Positions 38,654 through 52,280 of a DNA stretch of 64,000 bases are shown piece by piece. This stretch comes from Camelus dromedarius (lineage: Eukaryota): contig NC_087437.1 of the NCBI RefSeq assembly GCF_036321535.1, forward strand, positions 83,640,001-83,704,000, in the 5' to 3' direction. A model generated the notes under the pieces. It had not been told where the DNA came from. It ran no database searches and was given only the letters and a program-made list of their open reading frames with translations. The translations under genes were made by a program, and so were the position numbers. Each line of letters begins with the position of its first letter. Within the stretch, counting starts at the first letter, position 1.

Positions 38654-41600
38654 CTATCCCCTTAAAAAAATCTTCCCCCTAAGATGAGCAACATTGCAAA
38701 ATGGACAGTACATCTTTATTTCAAATTTTATTTCAAGTGTCATATTGTAATGGAAAGTGAGCTAGAATGAATCTTAAAATACGAAACATTGGCACAGAAG
38801 TTTTAATGTAGGAGACACAATTCTAATTAACAAAAATGCGTGGTACCATGAACCTGACGGTATACACAAACAGTAATTCTGAGCATACACGGGATGGAGA
38901 TAAGAAAGCATTCAAATCTTTGTTTTTTCAAATGGAGGATATATACTAGATTACAGTTAATATCTAAGTGCAAGATGAGACAGAAGGGACGAGGCCCTTG
39001 AGATTATTGTATTGTCTCTATTGCCTTTCCTACTTTAGAGGAAACAATGAAGTCCAGTTCTTTTTTTTTTTTTTTTTTAATTAAATTGAATGGACCAACA
39101 AACTTCTCCGGCTTAATCTCATCTACTTATTTTTGCCCAAGATCTTGAATCATAGACAGAGGTAATGCACTGATGTATTTTTTTCCTGAAAGCATTAACC
39201 ACCAGATGTTTGTTTCAGGTTTCAGTGATGAACAAACAGACCTTTAGATTTGAAATCACAATCACTGGAACATTACATGTTGCTTTACCATATGTTTATA
39301 ATAAAAAGGAAGTTACCAAAGATGCTAATCAAAATGACTGAATGTAACTCAAAAGCCTTCTCATTTACTAATACCTCTGTTACCCAGCAAGCTTAATCAC
39401 TGAGGGAACAAAGGAGAAACAGGAAGTAAGGAAGCTGGATATCACCACTGAAAATGTTATTAACAAACCTTTTCTCTGTTTTTCAAGTCACATTCAGCTC
39501 TTGATTTCTACTAAGTAGGTTATAGGGGTTATAGCAGGGAAAGTGCTAAAGGGAGAACCAGGAGCCTGTGTACCTGTAAACTCTGCACCCCTTGTGGAGC
39601 TGTATTAACTCACATCTGAGTTTTAGAACCTAATCCTCTATCTTCAGTGGAGGAAACAATCAATTGAAATATAGTAAGGTTTGGAAGCGTAGTACTGAAA
39701 CCAAATGGAAAAATTCCATTGAGCAATAGGAACACACTAAAAATCTCCCTCTTTTCTCATTCACTGGATTTGATGGTTATCTTAAAGGCAAATGGTTTGA
39801 ATAGGCACCAATCTGCCTGCAGACTTTCCTTTTTTTATTTCCTCAGGCTACCTCTTTAGTACCCAAATTCCAACAAGTATAAAAATTACAGTACAGAAAA
39901 CACATATACTATGCTTAAAGATTAATTTAAGGAATTTCTAATGGCAATTCTGGCTAAACAATATTTTTCCTCATGAGCTGCAAATTAGAAGTGAGATGCA
40001 GTTTTACTGTAATCCATTGTGTGATCCTGGGCAAGTCTTAACTCTGAGTCTTATATTTCAGATCTGCAAAATGAGGGGATTTGAATTAAAGATCATAAAA
40101 TGGTAAACTATAATGGGTTTTAATATTTGCCTACAATTTCTCAGCTCCGACAGCTCTGATTAAATTGTAAGGAGATAGGTCATATGAGTTGGTACCTATA
40201 CTGTGTGAACAGACAGCCTGATAACAGACAGCAAAGCATGCAGGCACACTCTTAATTTTACATCCCAGGTCAATAATTAATGGTCACAATGATCATGTTG
40301 AGTGAGAAGAAAGAGTTAAAATAATTCAATCACTTTTTGTTTAAGAAGGTTACAGCATGAATAATACATCTTAGGTAGGCATGGAATCAACACATTGACT
40401 TTTTTTCCCTTTTGTTTTTTAATAGGGTTAATTAATCCCCTTAATGGGTTAAAATACTGTTAATGAGTAACCATTGGTTATTTGGAAAACTCATTATAAG
40501 GAGACTTATTGATGGCAGACGAAAGGGGCATTAATGTGTTTACTGAGAGATCACTTTACATTATAATTTCTTGTCAGTGGATTATCTGTGGCAGAGTGGT
40601 CTAGTTTTGGGAGCATTGATGGGGGAATCAGCATCTGGGATATTCTGCCTTAACTCACAGTGGTGTCCTGGAAAGCCATAGCAAATCACAGAAAGATCAC
40701 ACAATAGTTATACAGAAAAGATATTTTTCTTTCTCTTGGGAATTACTGATCTTGAGAAATAAACCCATCTCTGAGCATCTATTTCTAGTCTGTATTCTCA
40801 AATCAACAAATTAAAACAGTCCAGTGCACAACTGTATAATTCTGTGTAAGCCTTTAACTACACCCTCTCCCTGCTTCTCAGAGGGGCACATACTCTCCTC
40901 CTTCACTAAGATCTACTGATCTAGGGCAACTTTGGTACTTTGTGAAGTTTCATTCTCTTCTGAAGTATGGGGTAATTTCTATCCTTCCTTGAAGAAAGTC
41001 TGAGAACCACAATACAATGAATTCTTTTGTGGTCACAAAGGAGAAAGCTTCTCGTATTTTGGCTTCCAAGCTAACTGTTGAGGGGGTTAAACGAGACAGT
41101 ATGCATGAAGCAACTCTTAGCTGCCAACACATGGTAGGCACTCAGCAAATGTTACTTGTTTCCTTGATTTATGTATTTAAAATTTGTCTTTTGGGGGGAC
41201 TTGCTTGGCTTCCAGCACAGACCAGCATCCCAGGTCACTCATCTGGAGCCACTGAGCCTACCTCCTACAGTGCCCATGTTCAAGGGTGATCTTCTCAAAC
41301 CAGAGGCACCAATTCTGCTGATGGACAAGCTCTGACTCAGCTCTTGTAATTCAGACCATGTCATGTCCAGTTTGAGTTTGGTTCCATGTCTATGTTTTTC
41401 CTGTTGCCCCACCACTTCCCTTTCAAAACTGAAGACCTATCTCATTCATCTTATTTTTTCATAGGTAGATTTCTATCCTCAAAGAACATTATCTGTGGCT
41501 GAATGTTGGCACCCACATTTCTGCCTACAGTTGGACCCATCTGATAATGATTCTCTCTGGAATTCTTGCCTTTTCCTTGAAAGTTTCTCTTCTCTTTGTA

Positions 41601-44600
41601 GAGTTGTGACACACTGGATGGGTTACAAACCTTTTCCCTCAAAAATGCATATGCAGATACACACACACACACCACACGCACAAGATTTTGCATCCGTATC
41701 ATGAGATTCATACATGTCGATCAAGATAATCTTGCAAAAGACCCTTTTAGGCATAGTATTTTAAAAATGTAAGTCATGGGTTAATAACAACCAGTTTTTA
41801 TAGGATGATAAGTACTGTAGAAATCTATGGTACATAGCATTGTTTGGGGCCAAAAACATATGAAACACACCATTTTTTTTCTCTTTTACATACAATAAAG
41901 ACTTCCTTAACAGTTGTTTCTTGTTCCTGTGTGGGTGTTCACTGAGGTCTCAGGGTCTTGGATTTTATGAATCCAGAGCTCACTATTTGACCTTGCGCTG
42001 AAATAGGCCTACAGTTAGGCTTTCCAAGGCTAAGTTTTTTAAGTGAGTAAAATGTCTTCAGACAGGCCGTGGGCTGCCCAGAGCACCGCCACTCCACTCT
42101 GCCGCTTCACCGAGTCTTTCATCAGACGCACTTGCCCTATTTCCATTACGCTCGTGGCTCCTACAGGCGTTGCTGTTCCCCTGTCCCCACTCTGACTTTA
42201 ACCCAACCTCCTTGTTCTGATTAGGAAACAATTATCTACTTCTGAAATGTATTTACCCATATTTTTCATAAGGAATAGGAACAGCTGAGGAATGACTTCA
42301 GCTAAAGTTGAATGGCTAGCTTGTCAGCTTTGTTTTCCACTCTCTAAAAAACTCCTTACTGTGGAAAGACTTTCTCATTCTTCTCTCCTCACGCTGTCTA
42401 CTTGGAACTACACTACGTATTTATTCACTGTCTAAATGTATAAACAACTCAGTGAATGCTATTTTTTCTGTTCCTTTAATGAGACAGTGCTTATCATGCT
42501 ACTCAAAGCCTCAAGAATTAGAATCCTTTTCACATGCTTCCTCCTAAATTGCTCCTGAAAACAATTCATTGCCACGTATCTCTCAGTACTTATTCTCTTT
42601 CTGATGAGAATATAGTTGCTATATCATTAAGTGAATAACACTATTCTGAGGGTATCTGTTAAATTAGATTTTCCATTCCATCCTATAAGGTAGATAAAGG
42701 AGGACACAATGTTACTATCATGCATGGGGAATTAAACATATATATATGTTTAATAATATATAATAATTATATATATATAATTGTATCTGAGTGTAGATAA
42801 CTTAAACACCACTGACAGTAAAGGCAGATTAAAAAAAATAATCTATCATTCATTATGATTTTACAAATATACTGTATGGTAAGGTCCCAAGGGGATAGCT
42901 GATACCAATAGAGTGAAAAACACTACTCCACTCTTCTCTGGACAGTACACTGTTCCCCTAGAGCGTCCTCTCCCTCTCTATTTTTCTCTCTCCCTCCATT
43001 TTGCATTTTAATCCAGCTCTTCAGAAGATTAGCTACCCCTCCACTTCTTCCCGAGTGTATTTTAACGAGCTTTTCTTAAGCATCTCACCTATAGTTTTGA
43101 TGGCAAAGACTTATGGAAATTAGCACAGAAGTAACAGATTTTTAAAAAATGTACCACATAAATCATAAAGGGGAATAAAAGATTACTTATTTTGGGCCAT
43201 TAATATTGAGACAGTTAATACATTAAATGCTAATGTAATATATAAAATGATAATATAATTCTTCCTACATATAACACTGGAGCATTTACAAAGCATTTTT
43301 ATCTGAATGGCCTCAAATTGATGTATACCACCAAAGAGCGAATACTTTGCTTTCTTGTCAAGTGGCCCTGCGAGAATAATACCAATACAAAGCAGTGATT
43401 AATCCTATACCTCCCATCCCCGTCAATAATTGGATGCTATTTATTTGGGGAAAAATTCAGATCCCAAAGATCTGACATTCAGATGTCTTCAGGAAAAGAG
43501 ACTGTGTAAAAGGAGGTATGTCTATATTTACAGTAGTAGTATTTGTAAACCCTGTTTAAAAACAAATATTTAAAAAGGATGGAGAAAGTGTATAGGACTC
43601 CAGGCACACACAGTAGTGATTCTCATAATCCCAGGGGTGCCTACTTTGGAGAGAAAGTGTACTATGTGGAGTGAGAAAGCAACTGTGAAGCAAAACCCCC
43701 GGCTTCTAATTCCTCTTTTCCCTAATCTGTTGTGTGATCTCGGGCAAGCCACAGATTCTCTGTCAGCTGAGAGGGCTTGACTGTGTGATCTTGCAGGTCA
43801 TGGGAAGTTTAATACTCTGTGATTTGTCAATACACATCGCACCCCAGTGAGTTAAAACAGAAGGCACAACCTCCACTTCCGTCTGAGGAAACGCAGCAGA
43901 AAGGGTGAGTGCGGAGCTCAGTGGCTTCCTGAGTCACTGTTATGCCCACAGGCACTTCACACATGAAAGCAGACTCTTCCTGACAGACCCACAGTGCTTT
44001 GACTGAACGTATCTGAGAAGCAGGTCTTCTCTTGCAGCTGTGGCATGCAGTGTTGTGATGTGTCAGTTCAGAGTGCAACTGTGACCTCAAATTACCCACT
44101 GTCAGAAAGGCTAGCTCTGAGAGTAACCTGAGGAGGAGAGACAAGATGACGTAATGACATCTTTAGGGGCAGTCTGTCTGCGACCGGCTATGCTGACTGA
44201 TGAGCACTCGACAGAAGAGAGGGCAATCTTCTGAAAGAGCAAGAAAGCATTGCTCTGTGGGCAGCACAAGGCTGAGGGGCTCACGTCCAAAGGTGGGTAA
44301 GAACTTGAGAAAAGTCTGCAAGTCCCTGGGACTGGAAATACCAAAACAATGTTTAGTGCAAATACATCTATTTTAAAGGTAGACTTTGGCTGAGAGAATT
44401 ATTAAAATGCTAGTGTGCTCAATAAGTTTTAAAGTTGGGATCAAACGATTAAAATATGGAGAACAGTTTTCTTGTATCCTCGGGTTTTTAGTAGAGAAAA
44501 TTTCTACAAACCTTTGTTCATTCCATTATTCCAACACGGAATGCTGTCTTGTCAGTTTTCCCTCAGGTGCTGTTTTGTTCATGACTAACGTGCTTACTCC

Positions 44601-45039
44601 TCTTCAGCCTGCCTGCAACACCCATTGTCTGCCTCACTCATTTGGCACTTAGCGTCACGTACCTTCTGTATACCACTATTTGGCTTTTAAAAATGTGGAT
44701 GTGCTGTCATCTCAGGAAGGTTATAAAAATCTTGGAGGGTCTTCTATTCTTTGTAATCTACTTTACAGTATTTAGCATGGTGCTATGATTATATAGGAAT
44801 TTAATGATTATTTGCTGAGGGGATGACTGGATGGGATGAATTAGGCAAATGATGTAAAATGAAAAACCACAGTCTCAGAACCATACGTGTGTGAGTGGAA
44901 TTCAAATGCCACTTTTTAGTTCCTTCTTAGTCACCATTATGAACTTGGTTAATGACAAGGAAAAGAAGAAAGGGAAGTTTCCCATTCTAAATTTTCAGTC
45001 TATAAAGGGCATCACACAGAGAGGCGCTGAAAATCCCTG

Positions 45040-45560
45040 GTGGCATTCATTCATTTGTTTCCTTCCTTCCTTCCTTCCTTTCTTTCTTTCTTTTTTTTTG
45101 ATCAAACTTTTTTTTTTTTTAACACATCTCACATGCCAGGTGCTTGAGTCACAAAGACATCCTCCTTGTCCTTAGGGAGATCATGTTAGAGCAGGAAAGA
45201 CATCAATGTAAACAAATAACGGCAGAGCAGAGGGTAAGGGCTCTAACAGAAGTCTGTACAAAATTCATCTGGCAGCAAAAAAGGAGGGCCAGCTGTTTGG
45301 GATGGTTGTGGGGAGAAGCAGAAAGGTGTCATAATAGAGCTAATGTCTTACACAGAGTAAAAAGAAAAGTAGGAATTTGAAGAGTAAGACAGAGGCCAGG
45401 GCTTCCTTTCAGAGAGAACGGTGAGTTCAAAGGCACACAGAGGGTGGAACAGCATAATATGTCCAGGACTTGCAAGCTGCCTAAAATTGCTGCTTCCGAG
45501 AGTCCAAGGAGGAAACCAGTGGCCATGAAGTTGGAAACATCGGTGGCCATGTCACTGAAG
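45040..45560 (-). mobile_element. LINE-2 3' fragment
   Basis: cattcattcatt tail, tgccaggtgct, gtaaacaaataa, ctaacagaagtctgtacaaa, gagttcaaaggcacacagagg. Confidence 0.65.
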
Positions 45561-46479
45561 GCTTGGTTAGGCATTTAGAATGGTAGTCAGTACAGTTTCA
45601 TAATGTCACCGTAACTTGAAACGTGTCCCTGGAAAACAGAATCTTATAATTTGGGGTGCTGTCACAATTTCTGTATGCGAAATTACATACAACTTGGTTT
45701 GATTTGTTTGTTTGTTTTCATCCTAATTTTGTTGTGGCTTAAAGATCTGTATCATTTGATAAAAAGTGCTATAAATAAGTTTAAAAAATTATTCTAAGCA
45801 TAAGATAACAGGGATCCCAAACCTCTTTCTTGACCTTTTGCACTAAATGTCTAATAAAAAATTAAATTACTTTTAATTCTGGCAGAATCACCTGCAGTAA
45901 GTGTGTGCAATCATGCACCATACCAAGCAGGTTGAAAGGTCTGCTTTTACTTGCATAACATATTCACTGTTTTATAGCAGATTTTCCCAGTGACTAAATT
46001 TTGGAAAAGCAATGCTTTTAAAATAAGCTTCCAGCTTGTTTTTCTCAGGATTAAGTACATCATGTAGGTTCTGAAGTCTTGTTCCTTGTGGGCAGCAGAT
46101 GGCTCTGGGGGACATCGCTGGAATGCTGAACAGCATAATATGGCAGAATCTGGATGTGATGAAGCAAGGAACCATCTCTACCACCTTCAAATAATATCAG
46201 GAGGCAACCACAAAGTTTTAAATGAAAGAGGACCTATCTGGTTGTGGATGGGGTCTCTTAAGAGATCAACCTGAATTTTTATGAGCCCATTCCATTTTTA
46301 TCTTGAATGGTTCCTGGTTCTTATTTCACTCTGTACGCTCTTCTCAATCTATTTTTTTTTCTTTTGCTCTCTACTGTCCTGTTTTCTTTTACTATTCTTG
46401 CCAACAAATACTTGTTGTGTCTGCAGATTTTCCTGAGGCAAATCTGATCCTTACTTGATCCTTTGCTAATTTTCTCAGA

Positions 46480-47200
46480 GCTTAGAGATGAGTCTGAGCA
46501 TAACAGACAATCAATATTAGTTAAAGGAATTGGAGCTGTAGCATAAGATCATGACAGTACTTATTATCTAATGGGAGATAATAACACACAACAAAGGATG
46601 TTCTGAAATGTGACAGGTACCATGAAAGCGGAGAGTCAGGGAAGGCTTTTGAGAGAAAATAGTGTCTAGGCTCGGGCCTTATGGAAGACTGAAGTTAGAT
46701 GAATAAAAGAAATTGGGAGAGGAGGAGACCTGGGATGGAGAGAGGAAAAGACTGGTCCAGGCAGAGAGAAGAGCAGGTAGACAAGAGAGAGCATAACAGA
46801 GTTAGAGGTACTGAAAGAATTTGAGTGCAACTGTAAAGTAGAATGTGTGATGAGGGAGTGGGGAGAGAGAGAGACTAGAGAAGTGAGCAAGGTAGTGATC
46901 ATGGGGGGCTTAAATGATCTTAAAGGAGGTGGGCAGGGTATAGCTCAGTGGTAGAGTGCATGCCTAACATGTATGAGGTCCTGAGTTCAATCCCAGTACC
47001 TCAACTAAAAAAAAAAAAAAGGATCATGAAGGGCTTCCTAGGGTATTTAAAGAACCTGGACCTTTACTTGTGTCAATTGAAAGACTTCAAGCAATGGGGT
47101 GATAAAAATAGAGGTTCTGTGTTTATTATTTTTTAGATCACTTTGGCCGCATTATGGAAGAGTGATGGGGGAATAAGGGACCAAAAGGGGGAAGAGCAGA
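46480..47200 (-). mobile_element. LINE-2 fragment interrupted by a SINE
   Basis: gagtcagggaaggctttt...gatcatgaagggctt...ggactttact...ttcaagcaatggggtgata...tttagatcactttggc. Confidence 0.7.
46931..47020 (+). mobile_element. Vic-1-type camelid tRNA-derived SINE (short form)
   Basis: agggtatagctcagtggtagagtgcatgcctaacatgtatgaggtcctgagttcaatcccagtacctc followed by A14; Pol III A box (tagctcagtgg) and B box (gagttcaatcc); degenerate flanking duplication aaatgatcttaaagg / aaaggatcatgaagg. Confidence 0.85.
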
Positions 47201-50200
47201 AATAGGGAAGTCTTGCCATCTCTAGAAAGTTAGTACATTATTTAATAATCCTATAATAGTCACATATGACACCAAAGTTATGTTATATATGTTTAACACA
47301 TTTATGTCAATTTCTCTTACTAGATATTTGCCATATTTCAGAGAATAATGGAATGACATTTACGCTGCCTAACATAACATATCTAAATGAGAGTCCTTAT
47401 TAATTAAGTAAACAAAGTTGAGGGAGGGATATTAAAAAACTCATTTTGGAAAATTCTCAAGGACCATCCTGAAGCATCATTTACACACACTATGTATTAG
47501 AGAAAACCCTCTAAGGACCTGCTAATTACACTAGAAAGATTTCTTATAATATTTAAAATTAATAATGCCATGTTTAAAAACAATCTACCTTTTCCCTATT
47601 TAATCAATAATGATTTTTGTGTGCTTAAGTCTATATAAAATTCATAGTTTAAATAGTTTACTTGAAAGGTAGAAGGATAAATGTCCAACTTTTTGTCTTG
47701 TTTTATTTTGTTTCCTCACATATGTACGTGTACTGGGTAGAAGAAAGAAAATTCACTCAGAGAAGTTGCTTTTCAGTGCTGTCATTTATGAAATTCTATA
47801 GGATCAATTTTTTAGTTGTTTTCCCCTCTGACAACAGATTTGCTCAGGGAAAAGGACTTCACAGGGGCTCAATATTATACTCCAGAGAAATACACCCAAG
47901 GTCAAGTTGCTGAAGCAATTCAAGGCATCAAAAACAGCAGTTACGGTTACCAGAAGCTTCATTCATTATTTAAGCATAAAAGAAGGTAATTTATTTGATA
48001 GTGTTTTTGATATGGTTAGTTTTTACCTATACTCTTGGTCTTATGTTTGCATTTTGTTTTGTTTTTCAGTTTACTAGTAATTTTAGAGCCAGTGTTGGTT
48101 GGAAAGTTTTATGTGATGTGCAAGTTGCTACGTCTTCTGTTCTGCTTGTCATATTATTGCTCTAAGTAAACATCTTTCACAGCATTAAACTTGTTCTCGT
48201 ATCTTTCCGGTAAACAAAACTGAACTTAAAGCAGACCCCTGAGAATTCAGGAAGGAAAAATATATCTACTTGTGGAAAAATACCTGAGATGTTAAACCCA
48301 ATATAATATTAAAAAATAACACCTTAATTTGCATGAAAGCTCCTTTCACTTGAGGATGGCTGTGCTCATATTTTTCATTTAAAACATGAGCTTGGTCATC
48401 TCCAGTTAGTCTTGGGTAGGCTTTGGCTAGCAGTCCACAAGCAGAAACATTTGGCCCAGTTTTACGTTATTGACCGGCTCTTCCCAAATGCCTTCTTTCT
48501 GGAATCTAGAGGCAGTTTCACGTCAGCATCGTAGTGCATTAGCGTGGCTGTCAGCAGTGCCTCCCCGGGGCCGACTGCTTTCTGCATGGCTTCAGCCAGT
48601 GTTGTCAGTCTTTTACTTTTATGAGCCCTAAGATGATCCCATCCCCTTTCTCCTAAGTATCTCTTAAAAAGGCAAAATTACCTTTTATAATTCAAGGAAA
48701 AAGATTTAGTACAGTGGGTGCTCATGCTGATGATGGTAACATGAGGATGATAGTTTAACTATATTAAACTTGGATTTCTTTATTTAGGACTCTTTATTTG
48801 TTTGAAGAGAAAGTCCTAGAGGTTTTAGTAGTTCACTGCGTTAAATGATGGCTTTTATGATCTAATCAGTAAAACCCCACGATTCAATCAACCCATGCTA
48901 GTTGAAGCCAGAATGATTTGCATGCCACCTCCTAAAAGCATGACCATTGGAATGACAATAAAAAAAAAATAGTGATTAGGTTGTACCCATTATGTGACAG
49001 AAAAATGCTAAAAAGTTCATTTTTAGGCATTATAATAAGAATTATCTTACATTTAAAATAAATGGAAAAAAATCTACTTCTAAAAGTTTCTTTCTTTGCT
49101 TAGATTTATAAGTCAGGGCTTTTAGAGTTTTTAACTTTTTGCTGAAACATGCTGCAACTCTTCTTGGAAGCATCATGTTTCTAAGAAAATTCAAAACTCC
49201 ACACTTTTATCCCTTTTCTAAATGTGCATCTATTTTGAACAGATGCTTAGTTTCCAAAAGTATTATGGAATTTAAATATTACATCCATCTTTTTAAAAAT
49301 ATAACTTTCTTATTTTGTCCAATGGGAACTTTCAATAAGCAATAAAAAGTCCTTGTTAGTGTTTCCCTCGTCCCAAATCACTTCAACAGTAAAGGAGAAA
49401 AAGTTCTTCCTCTATTCTAATACATTGATCTTCACAAAGGTTGAAAGATAATAAAATATCTGATAAAAATGCATAGCTTTGACCCTCAAAATCTGTGTAA
49501 GTGAAAGGGAGTGAATATTTCTGAATGCTAAAATCGGTACTACAATCATATTTTCTTGGCAGGCTGATTTAAGGAGCTCCCCATGACAGTCAAGTTATAC
49601 TATCCTTGACAGTACAACTGGGTGAAAAGATTCAGATCTGTTTTTATATTTAATTGGAGTGTAAGGGTCAGGCTGTCAGAGCAGGAGACTCGTGCCAGCT
49701 GTCAGGAAGGGCTACTTTTGAGAACACTGAACTAGGAATGCAGATACCTTACATTATCTTCAACCTGGCACTCAATTTATAAATTTGGGGAAATGGCTAG
49801 GTATCTCTATAGATTATTTCTACCACCTATCATTTAAGGAATTGACTGCATTATGTTGATAGGGGATGGAAAAGAAGAAGGAAGGGATTATAGGTGAATG
49901 TGAAAGTCAGATAAGTATAATTGATACTGTGTGACAGTTAAGAAGGTAGGTAATCATTATCAGACAAATTCAAATAGTAATATTAAATTTTAGTATTTAA
50001 AATGAAATTATATATATGCATATATTCTATGATTGTGAGAAATATGTTAACTCAGAAATATGTTAGACTATCAAAATACACAATAAATGATAGAACTTTT
50101 GTATTTGTTGCCAGTTTGAAATAGTATTAAGCATCAGATATAATAAGTGCGCAATAAATTTTTGCTAAAAGAATATCATTAGCTGTCAGTGTACTGACTA

Positions 50201-51080
50201 ACTAATGTTCAGGAACATTAGTAATTAAATGACTTTAACCTGACTTTCTGCCCTCTCACCGTCTCTTCTCCCCAAGAATGAATCCTCAGCCATCACTGGC
50301 ATACTACGCTCTCTCTTAAGCTCTGGGGCCACTAACTACCCCTACCAGGGAACCCTGAAAGCTTTAAGACTCAAAATTGAGTCAGCCTTGTGGTGTCCTC
50401 CTTGTCCATTAGCTCCTGCTTGGTTCTTTGACACCAATCCCTGTTTAGTTCTCATACCTGGATAATTGTCCTGCCCCAATATAGTGTAGAGGTCGCAACA
50501 GAGTAAGGTGATAACTACAGTTCTTGACCCTAAACCCCATAAACCATGTCTAGCACAGTTTGCTTGCCTTCCTGGACTGCGATTCATTACCTGCTGCCAG
50601 GTGCTCTGCCCACCACCAGGAAAACCTTTCTCTTTACCCTCTGACATGACCCACCTGCCTCCTGGCCTTTGGCCTGTGATGTGGCCTGTGTGAGTTTTCC
50701 TAACATTCTTTTCCTTCTGAATGCCATTTCCATTCTTCTCCCTGCTGGCCTGCCCTGGTCTACCATCATGGTAGATGGACTACTGCCTCTGAAAACCCAC
50801 ATCTTTTCAGAATTGTATTTCTGAAAATCCATTGTTTCTGTTTGGATTATAATGTGCAGGACCGAACATTTTGTGAGATTGAAGGAAATGAATATACATG
50901 TGTGTATACATGTATAGTGTGTGTATATGTGTGTATTTCTTTTTTCCTCTATACCTCACACTTAGAGATGTTGTCATACCTTAAAGGAGATAGTTCTTTC
51001 TTAGTGGCCTTGACTTTAGATATTCTATTCAGCTCAGTTGAAGAAGCTGATTTCCTAAGCTGCACAAATATGAAGGGATA

Positions 51081-51701
51081 TGTCAGCTTCTGTTAGCCTC
51101 ATCTGCTCCGTGGACCATGCCGCCACCCCTGAGTGCTGATGGGGCATTTGCCTTGGGAATGCCAAGTCCACCTCCACTCCTTCAGGTCCATCAGCTACAG
51201 GCTCAGAACTGGTGACTTCCATCATCACTCTGGACTTGAATACACTACACACAGAATGTGGAACTTGGCATCTCATGCGGTCACTGAAGGTGCCAGTTCA
51301 CTCAACTTGGAAGCCTGGGGGAATTAATTCACAATATGGTGAACACTGGCCAGTGGAAACAGGAGTCAGGAAGGAGCTGCACAGAGAGATCCCTCCTTCT
51401 TCCTTCTTCCCATGAACGATGCCAGGCGTGGTTCCTTCGTACAACCCATTTGGAGACATTCTACGCGGTGAGTGGACATGTCTCTCAACCGCTGTGTCCT
51501 TCACGGTCCGCGCGGAGGGGCAGCAGCACAGCGATCCGTTGTGATGTTGGCCCCATTCTTCCCTGTCTCACCCCCATTCTTCCCTGTCTCACCCCCGTTC
51601 TCCCCCATCCAGGTGCCCTAGTTTTGTACCCCCCAAACAGAGCCTCGCCAGTTTACATCCTTTCCTGAGGCTCTGTGTTCCAGGGAAACTGGGCTCAGAC
51701 A
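51081..51701 (+). mobile_element. Old ERVL-type solo LTR (LTR16/LTR33/LTR67 group; subfamily uncertain)
   Basis: TG start; end gaggctctgtgttccagggaaactgggctcagaCA resembles ERVL LTR termini; internal gaattaat..., ggccagtggaaacaggag. Confidence 0.55.
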
Positions 51702-52009
51702 GTTTCCACAGAATCACTTATCTGCCACCCCTCAAAAACTCAGGGTATTTGTTCTAGTCAAATGTGAGTTTAGATGAAATACAGTTAGTTAAATGCTTAA
51801 CTGAACACATATTCTAGAAGATTGTGGCATAAGGGAAACGGCGGCAAAAAGGGATTCATTTTCACGTTTTCGAGACCGTCCTCGTCTCTCTGTGGGGCAC
51901 AGTGTATTCTCCCCGGTCTTGCGTTCTTGCTGAGTTAAGGTTTGGTGTCTGTGCTGGACTTGGGAGTTGCATATCAGAGTCCTTTCTGTGTGGCCTCTAC
52001 TTTATTTAC

Positions 52010-52280
52010 TTTCTGGGACAGTAAAGCGTAGAGGTTAAGAGCTCAGGCTCCGGGTGGCACCGCTTAGATCGGAATCCTGCCTCTGCTACTTAGAAGCTGT
52101 GTGCCTTTTGGCCAGTTCCGTTACCTCGCCATAGCTCACTTTTCTCAGCTGTAAAGAGGAGATAATGATCTCTCAATGAACCTATGGGGCTGTTCCGTGG
52201 ATTAAAAAGGAGAATGCATGTAAAATGCTTGTGACAGTGCTTAGCTCACTAAGAGTAATTATTAGTATTATTTCTTTTCA
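52010..52280 (+). mobile_element. MIR SINE
   Basis: gcgtagaggttaagagctcaggctc...gaatcctgcctctgctacttagaagctgtgtgcc...ctgtaaa..ggagataat...ggattaaa...tgcatgtaaaatgctt. Confidence 0.8.

Noticed and set aside
46931..47006. tRNA gene
   Set aside because: Has A/B boxes but no proper acceptor stem, and carries an A tail with flanking duplication; it is a SINE. The same applies to 62238-62320.
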